From assembly GCA_964613905.1 (NCBI GenBank), contig CAZTIV010000010.1, forward strand, positions 1 to 60,607: a DNA stretch of 60,607 nucleotides, in the 5' to 3' direction. This document shows, piece by piece, positions 45,619 to 55,138 of this stretch (position 1 is the stretch's first letter; each line of letters starts with the position of its first letter). Position numbers and translations under genes: made by a program. Source of the stretch: an uncultured Gemmatimonadaceae bacterium. GTDB lineage: Bacteria; Gemmatimonadota; Gemmatimonadetes; Gemmatimonadales; GWC2-71-9. The notes under the pieces were generated by a model. It did not search any database. It was given only the letters and a program-made list of their open reading frames with translations, and had not been told where the DNA came from.

Positions 45619-46731
45619 TTGCTGCCAGTCATGGATGACCTCAAGGGGACATATCGGTCGGCCCTGGGAGCCCGCATCGGTGCACTCCAGCGGGCGCGGA
45701 AAACCCTCAACCTGCCCAACGCCGCCGCAAAGGCCCGAGAAGAGATCAGGCGCATTGCGCACTCTCTGAGGGGATCCGGCGCAAGCTACGGTTTTCCGGA
45801 GGTCACCGAGGCCGCCGCCGCGCTGGAGGATGCCGAGTCCGAGCGCATGCCGGAACGGCTCGCCAATCTCCTCAACGTGCTCACGCGTGTCGCCGAGGGC
45901 TCATCTCACGGCGTGTCCGTGCTGATCGTCGAGGACGACCCCGAGATGCTGCGGCTCATAGAGCGAAGCCTCACCACTCCAGGACGGGAGATCTTCACCG
46001 CCCAAACCGCTGCGGAGGCACGTGGCGTCCTTTCCGGGCGCAAGGTGGATCTCGTAATTCTGGACCTCGTGCTCCCTGATATGGATGGACGCACCTTCCT
46101 TGCGGAGTTGCGACAGAACCGGGATACGGCCGCCACGCGGGTCCTGGTGCTTTCCGCCTGGACCGGTGACCATCAGCGCGAGGAATGCCTGGCCCTTGGC
46201 GCCGCCGGCTACCTGGCCAAGCCGATAGATCCGGGAGTCCTCGCGGTTGCCGTGCAGTCGGCCCTTGACGGAACCCCGGTGCCCGCGCCGGGCGTGACAC
46301 ATGGTGGTAACGGGGCGGCGGTGGCTCTTCAGGAAATACCGGAGGAGACCATGGTTGTGATCGCCGAAGACGATGACCTCGCAGCCGCCATCATCGAGCA
46401 TCGCCTGAAGCGCGAAGGCGTCAGGTGCACCCGCTACCGCGACGGCGATTCCGTGCTGGACGGGGTCCGAGGGGAGCCGGTATCTCTGTTCGTGCTCGAC
46501 GTGAAGATGCCGGGCAAGGACGGGTTCGAAGTACTGAAGGAGTTGCGCAGCAGTGACGCCCACCGCAAGACGCCGATTCTGATGTTGACCGCCCTGGGGA
46601 ACGAGGAACACGTGGTTCGCGGCCTTTCCCTGGGAGCCAATGACTACATGACCAAGCCTTTCTCACCTGTGGAACTGGCTGCGCGTGTCCGGCGTCTTCT
46701 TCTGGACCGCGCCGGCCGCTCGCGGGGGTAG
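45619..46731 (+). CDS. HPt-REC-REC phosphorelay protein
   Basis: ORF 45619..46731; the ATG at 45631 may be the true start. The HPt motif is IRRIAHSLRGSGASYGF. Two receivers follow, with VLIVEDDPEM / LVILDLVLPDMDG / YLAKP and VVIAEDDD / LFVLDVKMPGKDG / YMTKPF. Confidence 0.8.
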   Translation: MLPVMDDLKGTYRSALGARIGALQRARKTLNLPNAAAKAREEIRRIAHSLRGSGASYGFPEVTEAAAALEDAESERMPERLANLLNVLTRVAEGSSHGVSVLIVEDDPEMLRLIERSLTTPGREIFTAQTAAEARGVLSGRKVDLVILDLVLPDMDGRTFLAELRQNRDTAATRVLVLSAWTGDHQREECLALGAAGYLAKPIDPGVLAVAVQSALDGTPVPAPGVTHGGNGAAVALQEIPEETMVVIAEDDDLAAAIIEHRLKREGVRCTRYRDGDSVLDGVRGEPVSLFVLDVKMPGKDGFEVLKELRSSDAHRKTPILMLTALGNEEHVVRGLSLGANDYMTKPFSPVELAARVRRLLLDRAGRSRG

Positions 46732-46740
46732 ACGCCCGGC

Positions 46741-47796
46741 GTGCTGGATCTCATCTTCGGGGACAGTGTCCTCGTATTCCTGTCCCTGGGCGTTGTCCTG
46801 CTCAGCGTGCTGGTTCTGATACTGGCGGTCTCGGTGGTGCTGCTGCGGATTCGCAACCAGCGTACAGCCACCCGCTGGAGAGGCCTAGAGGAGAAGTGGC
46901 AGCCCGCCGTTCTGGCCGCGCTGGACGGGTCGGGCAAGATCGCCGATGTGTGGAAGCTGATAGAGGCCGGTGAGGAAGAATCCTTCCTCGAATACCTGCT
47001 GCGCTTCAACAGCCGGCTCAAGGGAGACGAGAGGTTGGTCGTTCATGACCTCGCGCGCCCCTATATGGATCGAGCCATGCCATACACCAGGCATCGGGAT
47101 ATCGGACGCCGCGCGCAGGCGGTACGACTTCTCGCCGAGCTCGGCCTGCCCGAACATGCCGATACCATCACCGCCGCGCTCGACGATCCTTCGCCGCTGG
47201 TGATGATGGTGGCCGTGCGCGGGCTCATGAGGCCCGAATACTCGCAGTTCGCCGGCGCCGTACTCGCCCGCCTGCACCGGTTCACCAGCTGGAGTCCCAA
47301 GTTTCTGGCGTCCTTGCTGGCGTCAGTGGGAACTGATGCCGCTCCCACCATCAGGAGCACGTTGACCGATCCATCCGTCGCCGGTGGAGTTCGAGCCATC
47401 GCTGCGTCCGCTTTGGCAGAACTGGGCGACATCGAGTCGGCCGACGCTGCTGCCGACGTTCTTGGAACCACCGACGACGTCGAACTCTCAGCCGCGTGTC
47501 TCCGCGTGCTGGCACGCACGGGCAGGCCGGAGCACGCTCACCTGGTCCGAGGGTATCTCGATCATCCAGACTTCGTGCTGCGGGCTTCGGCCGCCCAGGC
47601 GCTGGGCACAGTTGGGGATGTCGAGGACAACGCGCGGCTGCTCAGGGCCGTGGAAGACGAATCGCGCTGGGTTGCGATTCACGCCGCCCGCGCGCTGCGC
47701 GCCGCAGGGGACACGTCATCTCTGAACCAACTCGCCGGTTCCCGCCATGCAAGAGCTTCGGTTGCCCTCCAGGTGCTGACGGAAACGGCCGAATGA
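46741..47796 (+). CDS. Membrane-anchored HEAT-repeat protein
   Basis: ORF 46741..47796 with a GTG start. One N-terminal TM helix (VLVFLSLGVVLLSVLVLILAVSVVLL) is followed by repeated RxxAxxALGxxG-type HEAT/PBS-lyase-like helices (RAQAVRLLAELG, VRAIAASALAELG, RASAAQALGTVG, AIHAARALRAAG). Confidence 0.7.
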   Translation: MLDLIFGDSVLVFLSLGVVLLSVLVLILAVSVVLLRIRNQRTATRWRGLEEKWQPAVLAALDGSGKIADVWKLIEAGEEESFLEYLLRFNSRLKGDERLVVHDLARPYMDRAMPYTRHRDIGRRAQAVRLLAELGLPEHADTITAALDDPSPLVMMVAVRGLMRPEYSQFAGAVLARLHRFTSWSPKFLASLLASVGTDAAPTIRSTLTDPSVAGGVRAIAASALAELGDIESADAAADVLGTTDDVELSAACLRVLARTGRPEHAHLVRGYLDHPDFVLRASAAQALGTVGDVEDNARLLRAVEDESRWVAIHAARALRAAGDTSSLNQLAGSRHARASVALQVLTETAE

Positions 47797-49235
47797 CAGC
47801 CCGTATCGGTACCGTCGCTCTTGATCTGATTTACAGCGGGATCATCGTCTACTTCGTGGCTCTGAACTCCGTCTATCTGGCCACGAGCCTGATTGCCTTC
47901 GGCGAGATCCGGCGCTATGTACGCCGGCTCAAGTCGCTCGACCTCGGCAACATGTTGTCATCGACCGGAGCACCACCCGTCACGGTTCTTGTACCCGCCT
48001 ACAATGAGGAGGCGAGCTGCGTTGAGGCGGTCAGGTCGTTTCTCTCGCTCAACTACGCGGAGTATGAGATCCTTGTAGTCAACGATGGATCCACTGACGA
48101 CACGCTTGACCGCCTCACACAGGCATTCGACCTCGTCACCGCAGCCCGCATGCCCACGGCAGAAGTACCTTCCGCGCCGATCAAGCGCATCCTCCAGAGC
48201 CGCCGGCACCGCAACCTCTGGGTGATAGACAAGGAGAAGGGTGGCAAGGCGGACGCGCTCAACGCGGGTCTGAACTTCTGTATCACCCCTCTTTTCTGCG
48301 CCGTCGACGCGGACAGTATACTGGAGCGCGACGCACTGACGAGAATCGTGCGTCCGTTCCTCGAGGATGCCACTACTGCAGCAGCCGGCGGGATCATCCG
48401 GATAATCAACGGTTGTAGGGTCAAGTCCGGTGTCGTCACCAATATCCGCCTGCCAGACAACCTGCTTGCCCGGTTTCAGGTACTCGAGTACCTGCGTGCC
48501 TTTCTGGCCGGCCGGATGGGGTGGGCCGCGATGGAAGCAACGCTCATCATTTCCGGTGCGTTCGGTGTGTTCCGGCGAACACTGGTTGTCAATGCAGGCG
48601 GCTACGCTTCGGCCCGGACCACCGGAGAGACCGTGGGCGAAGACATGGAGCTGGTGGTGCGCCTCCACCGGTACTGTCTGGAGAACAACATCCCTTACCG
48701 GCTCTCTTTCGTTCCGGACCCGGTAGCATGGACGGAATGCCCTGAAAAACTCCGCGCCCTTGCCCGACAACGGGAACGTTGGCAGCGCGGCATGACCGAG
48801 AGTCTTATGCGCCACCGCAAGATGGTGCTCAACCCGCGGTACGGCCGGCTGGGCATGGTGGCCATGCCATACTACTTCATCTTCGAGACGTTCGGCCCTC
48901 TGCTGGAGGTGGTCGGTTACACCGTGTTCGTGGTGGCCCTGCTGCTGGGGCTGGTATCGACCACCTACGCACTCACGTTTTTCATGGTGGCAGTTGTGTT
49001 CGGAATGGCTCTGTCAGTGGCAGCAGTGGCGCTGGAGGAACTGGGCTTCCGCAGGTACCCCCGTCTCGGTGATCTCGCACACCTCTTCTTCCTTGGAATC
49101 ATCGAGAACCTCGGGTACCGCCAGCTTACGGCCTACTGGCGGTTCATGGGTCTCGTTTCAGCGTTTCGCCGCAAGAAGGGCTGGGGACACCAGCCTCGCA
49201 AAGGATTCGCCACCAATCCGTCAGCGTCGGCCTGA
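47793..49235 (+). CDS. Processive family-2 glycosyltransferase (PgaC/IcaA/NodC-like polysaccharide synthase)
   Basis: ORF 47496..49235 trimmed to the ATG at 47793 (ATGA overlap with the HEAT gene stop). It has an N-terminal TM region and several C-terminal TM helices. Motifs VLVPAYNEE, VVNDGSTDDT, AVDADSIL, GEDMEL and QRERWQRG (the QxxRW motif) are present. Confidence 0.85.
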   Translation: MTARIGTVALDLIYSGIIVYFVALNSVYLATSLIAFGEIRRYVRRLKSLDLGNMLSSTGAPPVTVLVPAYNEEASCVEAVRSFLSLNYAEYEILVVNDGSTDDTLDRLTQAFDLVTAARMPTAEVPSAPIKRILQSRRHRNLWVIDKEKGGKADALNAGLNFCITPLFCAVDADSILERDALTRIVRPFLEDATTAAAGGIIRIINGCRVKSGVVTNIRLPDNLLARFQVLEYLRAFLAGRMGWAAMEATLIISGAFGVFRRTLVVNAGGYASARTTGETVGEDMELVVRLHRYCLENNIPYRLSFVPDPVAWTECPEKLRALARQRERWQRGMTESLMRHRKMVLNPRYGRLGMVAMPYYFIFETFGPLLEVVGYTVFVVALLLGLVSTTYALTFFMVAVVFGMALSVAAVALEELGFRRYPRLGDLAHLFFLGIIENLGYRQLTAYWRFMGLVSAFRRKKGWGHQPRKGFATNPSASA

Positions 49236-49252
49236 CTACAAAGGAGCCAAAC

Positions 49253-49585
49253 ATGTCCAGTCCCCTGGCCCAGAGGGTATGCACGCCGGTCCGTCCCGGC
49301 ACACCACCGTTGTCAGACCAACAGGTTTCCGCTCTGCTGGCCGAACTCGGCGGCGGCTGGGAGGTGGCGGAGGATAATCGGCTCTACAAGGAGTTCGGAT
49401 TCAAGGACTTCGCTGAGGCGCTCGCCTTCGTGAACCGCGTTGGGGCGGTGGCCGAAGAACAGGACCACCACCCCGATATCACGCTGGCGTGGGGCAAGGC
49501 CACGCTGACCCTCTGGACGCACTCAATAGGCGGCTTGAGCGAAAACGACTTCATACTGGCCGCCAGGGCGGACGGTGTGCTCTAG
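49253..49585 (+). CDS. phhB: Pterin-4-alpha-carbinolamine dehydratase
   Basis: ORF 49253..49585. [51 protein letters not shown] is the PCD pattern. Confidence 0.9.
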   Translation: MSSPLAQRVCTPVRPGTPPLSDQQVSALLAELGGGWEVAEDNRLYKEFGFKDFAEALAFVNRVGAVAEEQDHHPDITLAWGKATLTLWTHSIGGLSENDFILAARADGVL

Positions 49586-50142
49586 GACGGCCAGAGCCAG
49601 CCGAACACACCGGCGGTAAGCACCGCGTACACCAATCCGTCGAACATGGACTTGAGCGTAGTGCTCCACTTCCGGTTCGACCATATGGAAGCCGGCGGCG
49701 CACCAAGGGCGTACGCGGCAAAAGCGGCGGTTCCGGCAAAACGGAAGACGTCCAGGTACTCAGCCCCCGACGGCAAAGCGCGCCCGGCCACGTAGGCCGC
49801 CACCAGCCCCACCACCGCACAGTAAACGAACCACTGCACCATCGACCTGCCGATCGAGAACGGGCCGTTGGGAAGCACGCTCATCATCAAGACGGGGCCC
49901 CGGTTCAGTTTCTCGAGAAACCCGGGACTGCCCATCTCCTTCATGCTCGTCGGACGAGGCAAGCTGTAGTCGCCGGGAGGGATCGCGAAGGGCCTCAGGG
50001 CATCGGCCACCTGATCTTCATCAGGTACCTTCGCGTAATCGTTCGCGTGATACCCGAGTACCATGTGGATCAGGGAACTGACGGCAAAGACGACAACGGC
50101 GGACAGAAGAATTGGAAGCCAGAGCGAAGACAGAGGTACCAT
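49582..50142 (-). CDS. Hypothetical integral membrane protein
   Basis: ORF 49582..50175 trimmed to the ATG at 50142, which is preceded by GGAGG at 6 nt. About four hydrophobic helices are seen. No family recognised. Confidence 0.6.
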   Translation of the reverse strand: MVPLSSLWLPILLSAVVVFAVSSLIHMVLGYHANDYAKVPDEDQVADALRPFAIPPGDYSLPRPTSMKEMGSPGFLEKLNRGPVLMMSVLPNGPFSIGRSMVQWFVYCAVVGLVAAYVAGRALPSGAEYLDVFRFAGTAAFAAYALGAPPASIWSNRKWSTTLKSMFDGLVYAVLTAGVFGWLWPS

Positions 50143-50199
50143 GACAGCCTCCGGGATTTGAGGGACGGCCACCAAACTGCATCCCGGAATCCTTCCGCG

Positions 50200-51723
50200 C
50201 TAGCGGCTGCCCTTGTCGGGCCTCCCGGAAAGCCAATCGGGCCGCGTGACAGACTTGAGGTCCCACATTCTGCCAAACGAATCACCGTGCCGGAGGAGAT
50301 TTCCGCTCACCGACTCGGCGCTGCCCTCGCCTGCATCTGCCACGCCCGCTACCTCCTGTGCGGACAACTGGTAGCTGCCGGTCTCGAAATCCTCGAACGA
50401 AGAGGCCCAGACTATGTACTTCCCTGGCGTGAAGGTGAACACTACCCGGGAGTCGGTTCCCGTCCCTCCGTCGTCGTCTTCTGCCAGAATGTCGAGGTTG
50501 GCATCCGTAACGACAAGGAAGGCATTGAAGTCATCGCTCATCAGATCCAGCCGGAGCGTGATCGTGGTCTGCGGATTGAACTCGAAGATGTCGGCGTACC
50601 ACAAGGTATACTGCCGACAGTCCGTGGATGCGAGCGACCCGTCGACAGTGGCTTCCACCTCGAGTGTCTGAAGCGTGCACGTCGGTGCGCTTACCGTCAT
50701 GATACTCAGCTGGTACGATCCGCTTCCGCTGATGTTGAATGGAGTCACCCATACGTAGTACTCACCCTGGGTGAAGGTCTGAACCAGCCGGGAATTGGTA
50801 CCTTCGCCGCTGTCATCGTCGACAGCAACTATGTTCATGAGTGTGTCGGTGACTACCACCACCGCATCGAAGGCAGCGCTGGTCAGGTCGATCTGAAGCG
50901 TGACCAGTTCGGAAACGGTGAGCCGGCGGCCCTGAGCCCGCCCCCCATGCACAAAGCGGCAGTCATCCGCACCCAGCGAACCGGTCACATCATCACCCGC
51001 GCCTATGTCGCCGGAAACGTCATCAGCGGTGCAGGCGGGAGGAGCCTCGGCCACCGAAAGCTCGTACGCCCCCGTAGAGCCCGGCTGGAACGAAGTCGCC
51101 CAGACGATGTAGGTTCCCGGCTCGGCCTCCGCAATGAGGCGCGCGTTGGTACCCTCACCACCGTCATTATCCACAGCCAGCACGTTCATGCTCTGGTCGG
51201 TGACCCTCACCAACGTGTTGAACGCGGTGCTCGTCAGATCAACCTGCAGGACGATGGGTGCGGTGAGCGTAAGCACATAGCCGTCGGCGAACGGCCCGCC
51301 GAGAAGAATGCAGTCGGACGCTGCGAGGGTTCCCTGCACGGCGTCGCCCACTGCTATGGCGCCCTCAGTGGTGCCCGCACTGCAGGCTTGGCCGAGTACC
51401 GTCACGTCGATTGAACCGGATACGCCCCGGGTGGTTGCCGTGATCCTGGCGGTCCCACCCGAAAGCCCTGCGACCAGCCCGGACGGGCTTACCGAGGCCA
51501 CCGTCGGCTCATCGCTCGTCCAGGTTATCTCCCCGCCCGGGATGACCGCTCCGGTGCTGTTGGTCACTGTTGCGGTGAGCTGCACCGTACCGCCTATGGA
51601 TATCTGAGTCTGGGGCGAGGTGACCATGACCATGCCCGGGGCCGTCGACTCGCCGCAGGCAGACAGCAGCCACGACGCGACCAGACACCAGGGGGCCGCG
51701 AACCGTCGGGACAGGCTTGGCAT
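50200..51723 (-). CDS. Lipoprotein with one Big_2-like Ig domain and three tandem pre-peptidase-C-terminal-like (PPC) domains
   Basis: ORF 50200..51723. It has the lipobox WLLSAC and a Big_2-like segment (ISIGGTVQLTATVTNSTGAVIPGGEITWTSDEPTVASVSPSGLVAGLSGGTARITAT). Three repeats of about 115 aa follow, sharing DL(T/M)S..F..(L/V)VVTD...N(I/V)(L/V)A.D(D/N)D(G/S)GEGT(N/D).R......G.Y.VW...F.....G.Y.LS. Confidence 0.7.
   Translation of the reverse strand: MPSLSRRFAAPWCLVASWLLSACGESTAPGMVMVTSPQTQISIGGTVQLTATVTNSTGAVIPGGEITWTSDEPTVASVSPSGLVAGLSGGTARITATTRGVSGSIDVTVLGQACSAGTTEGAIAVGDAVQGTLAASDCILLGGPFADGYVLTLTAPIVLQVDLTSTAFNTLVRVTDQSMNVLAVDNDGGEGTNARLIAEAEPGTYIVWATSFQPGSTGAYELSVAEAPPACTADDVSGDIGAGDDVTGSLGADDCRFVHGGRAQGRRLTVSELVTLQIDLTSAAFDAVVVVTDTLMNIVAVDDDSGEGTNSRLVQTFTQGEYYVWVTPFNISGSGSYQLSIMTVSAPTCTLQTLEVEATVDGSLASTDCRQYTLWYADIFEFNPQTTITLRLDLMSDDFNAFLVVTDANLDILAEDDDGGTGTDSRVVFTFTPGKYIVWASSFEDFETGSYQLSAQEVAGVADAGEGSAESVSGNLLRHGDSFGRMWDLKSVTRPDWLSGRPDKGSR
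50344..51384 (-). repeat. Three tandem intragenic domain repeats, each about 340-350 nt
   Basis: The repeat units are aa 114-230 (51034-51384), aa 231-348 (50680-51033) and aa 349-460 (50344-50679) of the lipoprotein. Each starts with a Cys and has a second Cys about 20-24 residues later. Confidence 0.7.
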
Positions 51724-51817
51724 ACCCCAACTTACCTCGATACCGGTGTGACCACCATGGAGCCCGCCAGCCTGGACACCGTCGCCGTTGACGGGGCACC
51801 CCGTGCCATTCCGGGGC

Positions 51818-52285
51818 TCAACCGGGGTCCAGCATCATGGCAGCACCATTCTCATTCGCCGCCCGGCAGTACACTGCGAGGATCTTCCGTCCGGCTGCGG
51901 TCAGTTCGTTCGGCTCATGGCCGCCGCGACACCAGGCCAGTGCATCTTCCAGTCCCTGTTCGGGCCATCCGGCAAGAAGCGTGTTGAGCCAACCCGGCTC
52001 CAGCAGTCCGTACGACCCCCCGTGCAGCGCTTCCGCCCGACCGGCGGCATGACTGCCCTCGCGGCGATAGTCCGGATCCCAGCGGGATGCAGCCCCCGCC
52101 CGCTCCCAGGCCTGGGTGTATCCACGAAACAAAGTGGCTGCGTGCATCCACGCCACGGCGGCGTTCCCCTGGAGCCCGGGGGTTTCCTCGAGCAGCCGGG
52201 CCAACTGCTCCCAGGCTCGCGCCGCATCCAGTTTGATCCAGTGGTCGGCCGAATGGAGACGCTCCGACCACGACAGGGAAGTCAC
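51818..52285 (-). CDS. Hypothetical protein (about 155 aa)
   Basis: ORF 51818..52555 trimmed to the GTG at 52285, which is preceded by AAAGGAGG at 8 nt. The downstream part is Trp- and Ala-rich and helical-looking (WIKLDAARAWEQLARLLEE...). No family recognised. Confidence 0.5.
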   Translation of the reverse strand: MTSLSWSERLHSADHWIKLDAARAWEQLARLLEETPGLQGNAAVAWMHAATLFRGYTQAWERAGAASRWDPDYRREGSHAAGRAEALHGGSYGLLEPGWLNTLLAGWPEQGLEDALAWCRGGHEPNELTAAGRKILAVYCRAANENGAAMMLDPG

Positions 52286-52373
52286 AGGGCAAGCCTCCTT
52301 TGCGCGTGTTTCGGCCCTCCCCCGGGAAATAGATGCGAGCGTGCCCTGCTGCAAGCCCCGACCCTGAACCGTC

Positions 52374-53702
52374 GTGTTGCGCCCCACCGGGCCTCGTGTC
52401 AGCTTGCAACCCGTGACTGCGGACCTGCTCATTCGTGGCGCGCTGCTGAACGGCACCCCGCACGACATCCATGTCAGGCACGGGCTGATCGAGGCGGTGA
52501 AACCGTCGGACGCACCCCCGGTTGCGGACCCCGCTGAGCGGGTGATTGACGCCACCGGACTTCATGTCTTCCCATCGTTCAAGAACGGACACACTCACGC
52601 CGCCATGGTGCTTTTCCGGGGCTACGGCGACGACCTGCCTTTGATGGAGTGGCTGCAGACCCGCATCTGGCCTGCCGAACGACACATGACCGAAGAGGAC
52701 GTCTATCTGGGCACCCGGCTTGGCATCCTCGAAATGATCCGGGGCGGCACGACCTTCTTCAACGAGATGTACTGGCATCGGCCCGGGATCGTGAGAGCTG
52801 TACAGGAGATGGGAGTCCGGGCCCTCGTTGGTGTAACGATCATCGACCTCGGCGACCCCGCCATGCTGGACCGCCAGCGGTCTGATGCGGTCGAGCTGGC
52901 GTCGCAACGCCGGCCCGAGCGGAACTCTGTCGATCTCGCCATCGCGCCCCACTCCATCTACGCCGTCCCCATCGAAGTGCTGGAATGGATTGCCTCGTTA
53001 TCGCGTGACAAGGATCTGCCGGTCCATATTCACATTTCCGAGACGGCTGAAGAAGTGGAGCGCTGTCTGGCCGTGCACGGCTGCCGTCCCGCGTGGCTTC
53101 TGGAACGGGTGGGTCTTGTTGGACCGCGGCTGGTCGCCGCCCACGGGCAGTATCTCGATCAGAGTGAGCTGGAACTGCTGGGTGCGGCCGGCGCCACCGT
53201 GGTCAACAACCCCACAGCCAACCTGAAGCTCGGCACCGGCGGCATCTTCCCCTACCGTGCTGCACGTCAGGCCGGAGTACGCGTCTGCCTCGGCACGGAC
53301 GGCGCCGCGTCCAACAACAATCTCGACATGCTGGAGGAGATGAAGATCGCAGCACTCGTCCAGAAGCACCGGGAGCGTGATGCCACCGCACTTCCCGCCG
53401 CGGAGGCGCTTGCGATGGCCACTACATGGGCGTCCGACGCCTTCCGCCTGGGAGCTGGCGGCGTGGAACCCGGAGCACCCGCCGATCTGATTCTTGCAGA
53501 CTTCTCCGGCCCTTCAACACAGCCTCTGCACGATCCCGTTTCAACGCTGGTGTACGCCGCTGGCGCTGCAAATGTGCATACCACCATATGCGGCGGCCGC
53601 GTGCTAATGCACGCTCGTCAGGTCGAAATCTGCGATGAGGCGGAGGTGATCGCGTCGGCCAACTCGGCCGCGCGCCGGCTGCTCGAGCGGGCACGCCGCT
53701 GA
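52374..53702 (+). CDS. mtaD: Amidohydrolase-family deaminase, MtaD-like (5-methylthioadenosine/S-adenosylhomocysteine deaminase)
   Basis: ORF 52374..53702. DLLIRGALL, FPSFKNGHTHAAM (HxH metal site), LPLMEWLQTRIWPAE, HISET and GTDGAASNNNLDM are present. The true start may be the GTG at 52413. Confidence 0.75.
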   Translation: MLRPTGPRVSLQPVTADLLIRGALLNGTPHDIHVRHGLIEAVKPSDAPPVADPAERVIDATGLHVFPSFKNGHTHAAMVLFRGYGDDLPLMEWLQTRIWPAERHMTEEDVYLGTRLGILEMIRGGTTFFNEMYWHRPGIVRAVQEMGVRALVGVTIIDLGDPAMLDRQRSDAVELASQRRPERNSVDLAIAPHSIYAVPIEVLEWIASLSRDKDLPVHIHISETAEEVERCLAVHGCRPAWLLERVGLVGPRLVAAHGQYLDQSELELLGAAGATVVNNPTANLKLGTGGIFPYRAARQAGVRVCLGTDGAASNNNLDMLEEMKIAALVQKHRERDATALPAAEALAMATTWASDAFRLGAGGVEPGAPADLILADFSGPSTQPLHDPVSTLVYAAGAANVHTTICGGRVLMHARQVEICDEAEVIASANSAARRLLERARR

Positions 53703-53743
53703 ACGCTGGCACCCGCTGACGGGCGGCATAGATTACCGGCGTA

Positions 53744-55078
53744 ATGACCAGATGTTGTGCTCTCGTGTTGACGCTTCTCCCAGCCACGCTCGCCGCACAG
53801 GACCCGCCGGCATCCGACCCGCCTCCGCTCCTGACCCTTGCCGGCTGGGCTGACGACGCCTGGTTCACCCTGCTCGATCGCGATGGTTCGTTTCATGGAC
53901 GCCTGTCTCCGACAGGCACCTTCCAGCGCTTCCATGAATTCATGGACGACGAGTACGAACTGGACGTTTGGTCGGGCTTCTTCCACAGCTCGGAAGACGC
54001 GCGCTGGCACCTGGCACAGTCAGGCTTTCGAGCAGCCGGATCGTCAATCAATCACCCGTTCATCCTGAACTATGCCGACTGGCGGGACAACGTTCACATA
54101 GCCGGCCCCGTGGACCTCGCGCTTCGCTACTCCCGGCACCATTCGCTCACCGCCCAGCGCGACTACATGCAGGTCGGCATCGGGTGGCGCGGCACACCGG
54201 AAGGCGGGTGGGCCGCACGCGCAGGGATCGGAATGCACTTCTTCAAGGCCTCCGCGGATATCGAGCTCGGTATTGACCGCATCTGGCAAAGGGATGATGC
54301 AACGTGGCGGTTGAGCGTCACAGCCGCCCTCCTGGATGCCTTCAATAACTTGATCTTCAATGCGCTCGGCGTGCGGCCTGAAGAAGTGGATGCGCATTTC
54401 AACTATCGCACCCTGCCGGTGGCGGGCCGAATCGCCCTGGTGCATGTGCAACCGGCCATCCGGGCGGAGCTGCACGGTGGCGTGAGCAGCCGGAGTCGGG
54501 TACACGTGACCTTTCCGGCAACTGGTGATCCCGCGTTCAGCCTGGTCGAGCAGGTCAGCTTTGCGGGAGGCCTGGTGGAGGCGTGGCTGCTCCGCAGCAC
54601 CCGGGCAGCCGTGTACGGCACCGTGGCCACCGCCCACACAGATCGAATGGGTGACGTACCGGCGGAAGGCGACTTCGGGCTGACGGAGATCACCCGCACG
54701 CTGGGGGCCGTTGCGGAGCACAGGCTCGGAGAGGCCCACGTCCTGGAGGCAGCCGCGCGAATCCGCTGGCGGCCTGAGCAAAGAACCGATGGCTCTGTCC
54801 TGATGTTGCACCACCGGGACCGGGAAACACTGGCCCAGATGGCCATAGCCGGCGAACCGGGCACGGGATGGCGGTGGCGTGGAGCGTATCAGCGGCTGCA
54901 CCGTACGGCCGGTGTGGCCGCACCCTGGCTCACCGGATCACATCATCGGCTGCTGACCGAAGGTGGTTACCGATTCGCTTCGCGTTTCGAACTCATGGGC
55001 GGCGTGCGTTGGCGCCTGGATCATCTCACTACCAGTGCATTCGCCGGAGGGCACCTGCGGTTCATGGCCGTGTGGTGA
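53744..55078 (+). CDS. Hypothetical secreted protein, probable outer-membrane beta-barrel
   Basis: ORF 53744..55078. It has the signal peptide MTRCCALVLTLLPATLAAQ, an aromatic C-terminus (...GGHLRFMAVW) and strand-like alternation. No family recognised. Confidence 0.55.
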   Translation: MTRCCALVLTLLPATLAAQDPPASDPPPLLTLAGWADDAWFTLLDRDGSFHGRLSPTGTFQRFHEFMDDEYELDVWSGFFHSSEDARWHLAQSGFRAAGSSINHPFILNYADWRDNVHIAGPVDLALRYSRHHSLTAQRDYMQVGIGWRGTPEGGWAARAGIGMHFFKASADIELGIDRIWQRDDATWRLSVTAALLDAFNNLIFNALGVRPEEVDAHFNYRTLPVAGRIALVHVQPAIRAELHGGVSSRSRVHVTFPATGDPAFSLVEQVSFAGGLVEAWLLRSTRAAVYGTVATAHTDRMGDVPAEGDFGLTEITRTLGAVAEHRLGEAHVLEAAARIRWRPEQRTDGSVLMLHHRDRETLAQMAIAGEPGTGWRWRGAYQRLHRTAGVAAPWLTGSHHRLLTEGGYRFASRFELMGGVRWRLDHLTTSAFAGGHLRFMAVW

Positions 55079-55138
55079 GAAGCGACGGGGAGCCCGCCGG
55101 GCGGAACTGCCGCGCCGGACAGGGTTATATTTGCGTCG

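Noticed and set aside
51788-52537. A plus-strand 249-aa ORF and the full 245-aa minus ORF (51818-52555) compete for the same interval.
   Set aside because: The plus ORF is Arg/Pro/Gly-rich junk. In the minus ORF only the portion downstream of the GTG at 52285, which has a strong AAAGGAGG SD, looks protein-like. The longer version would also run into the mtaD gene region.
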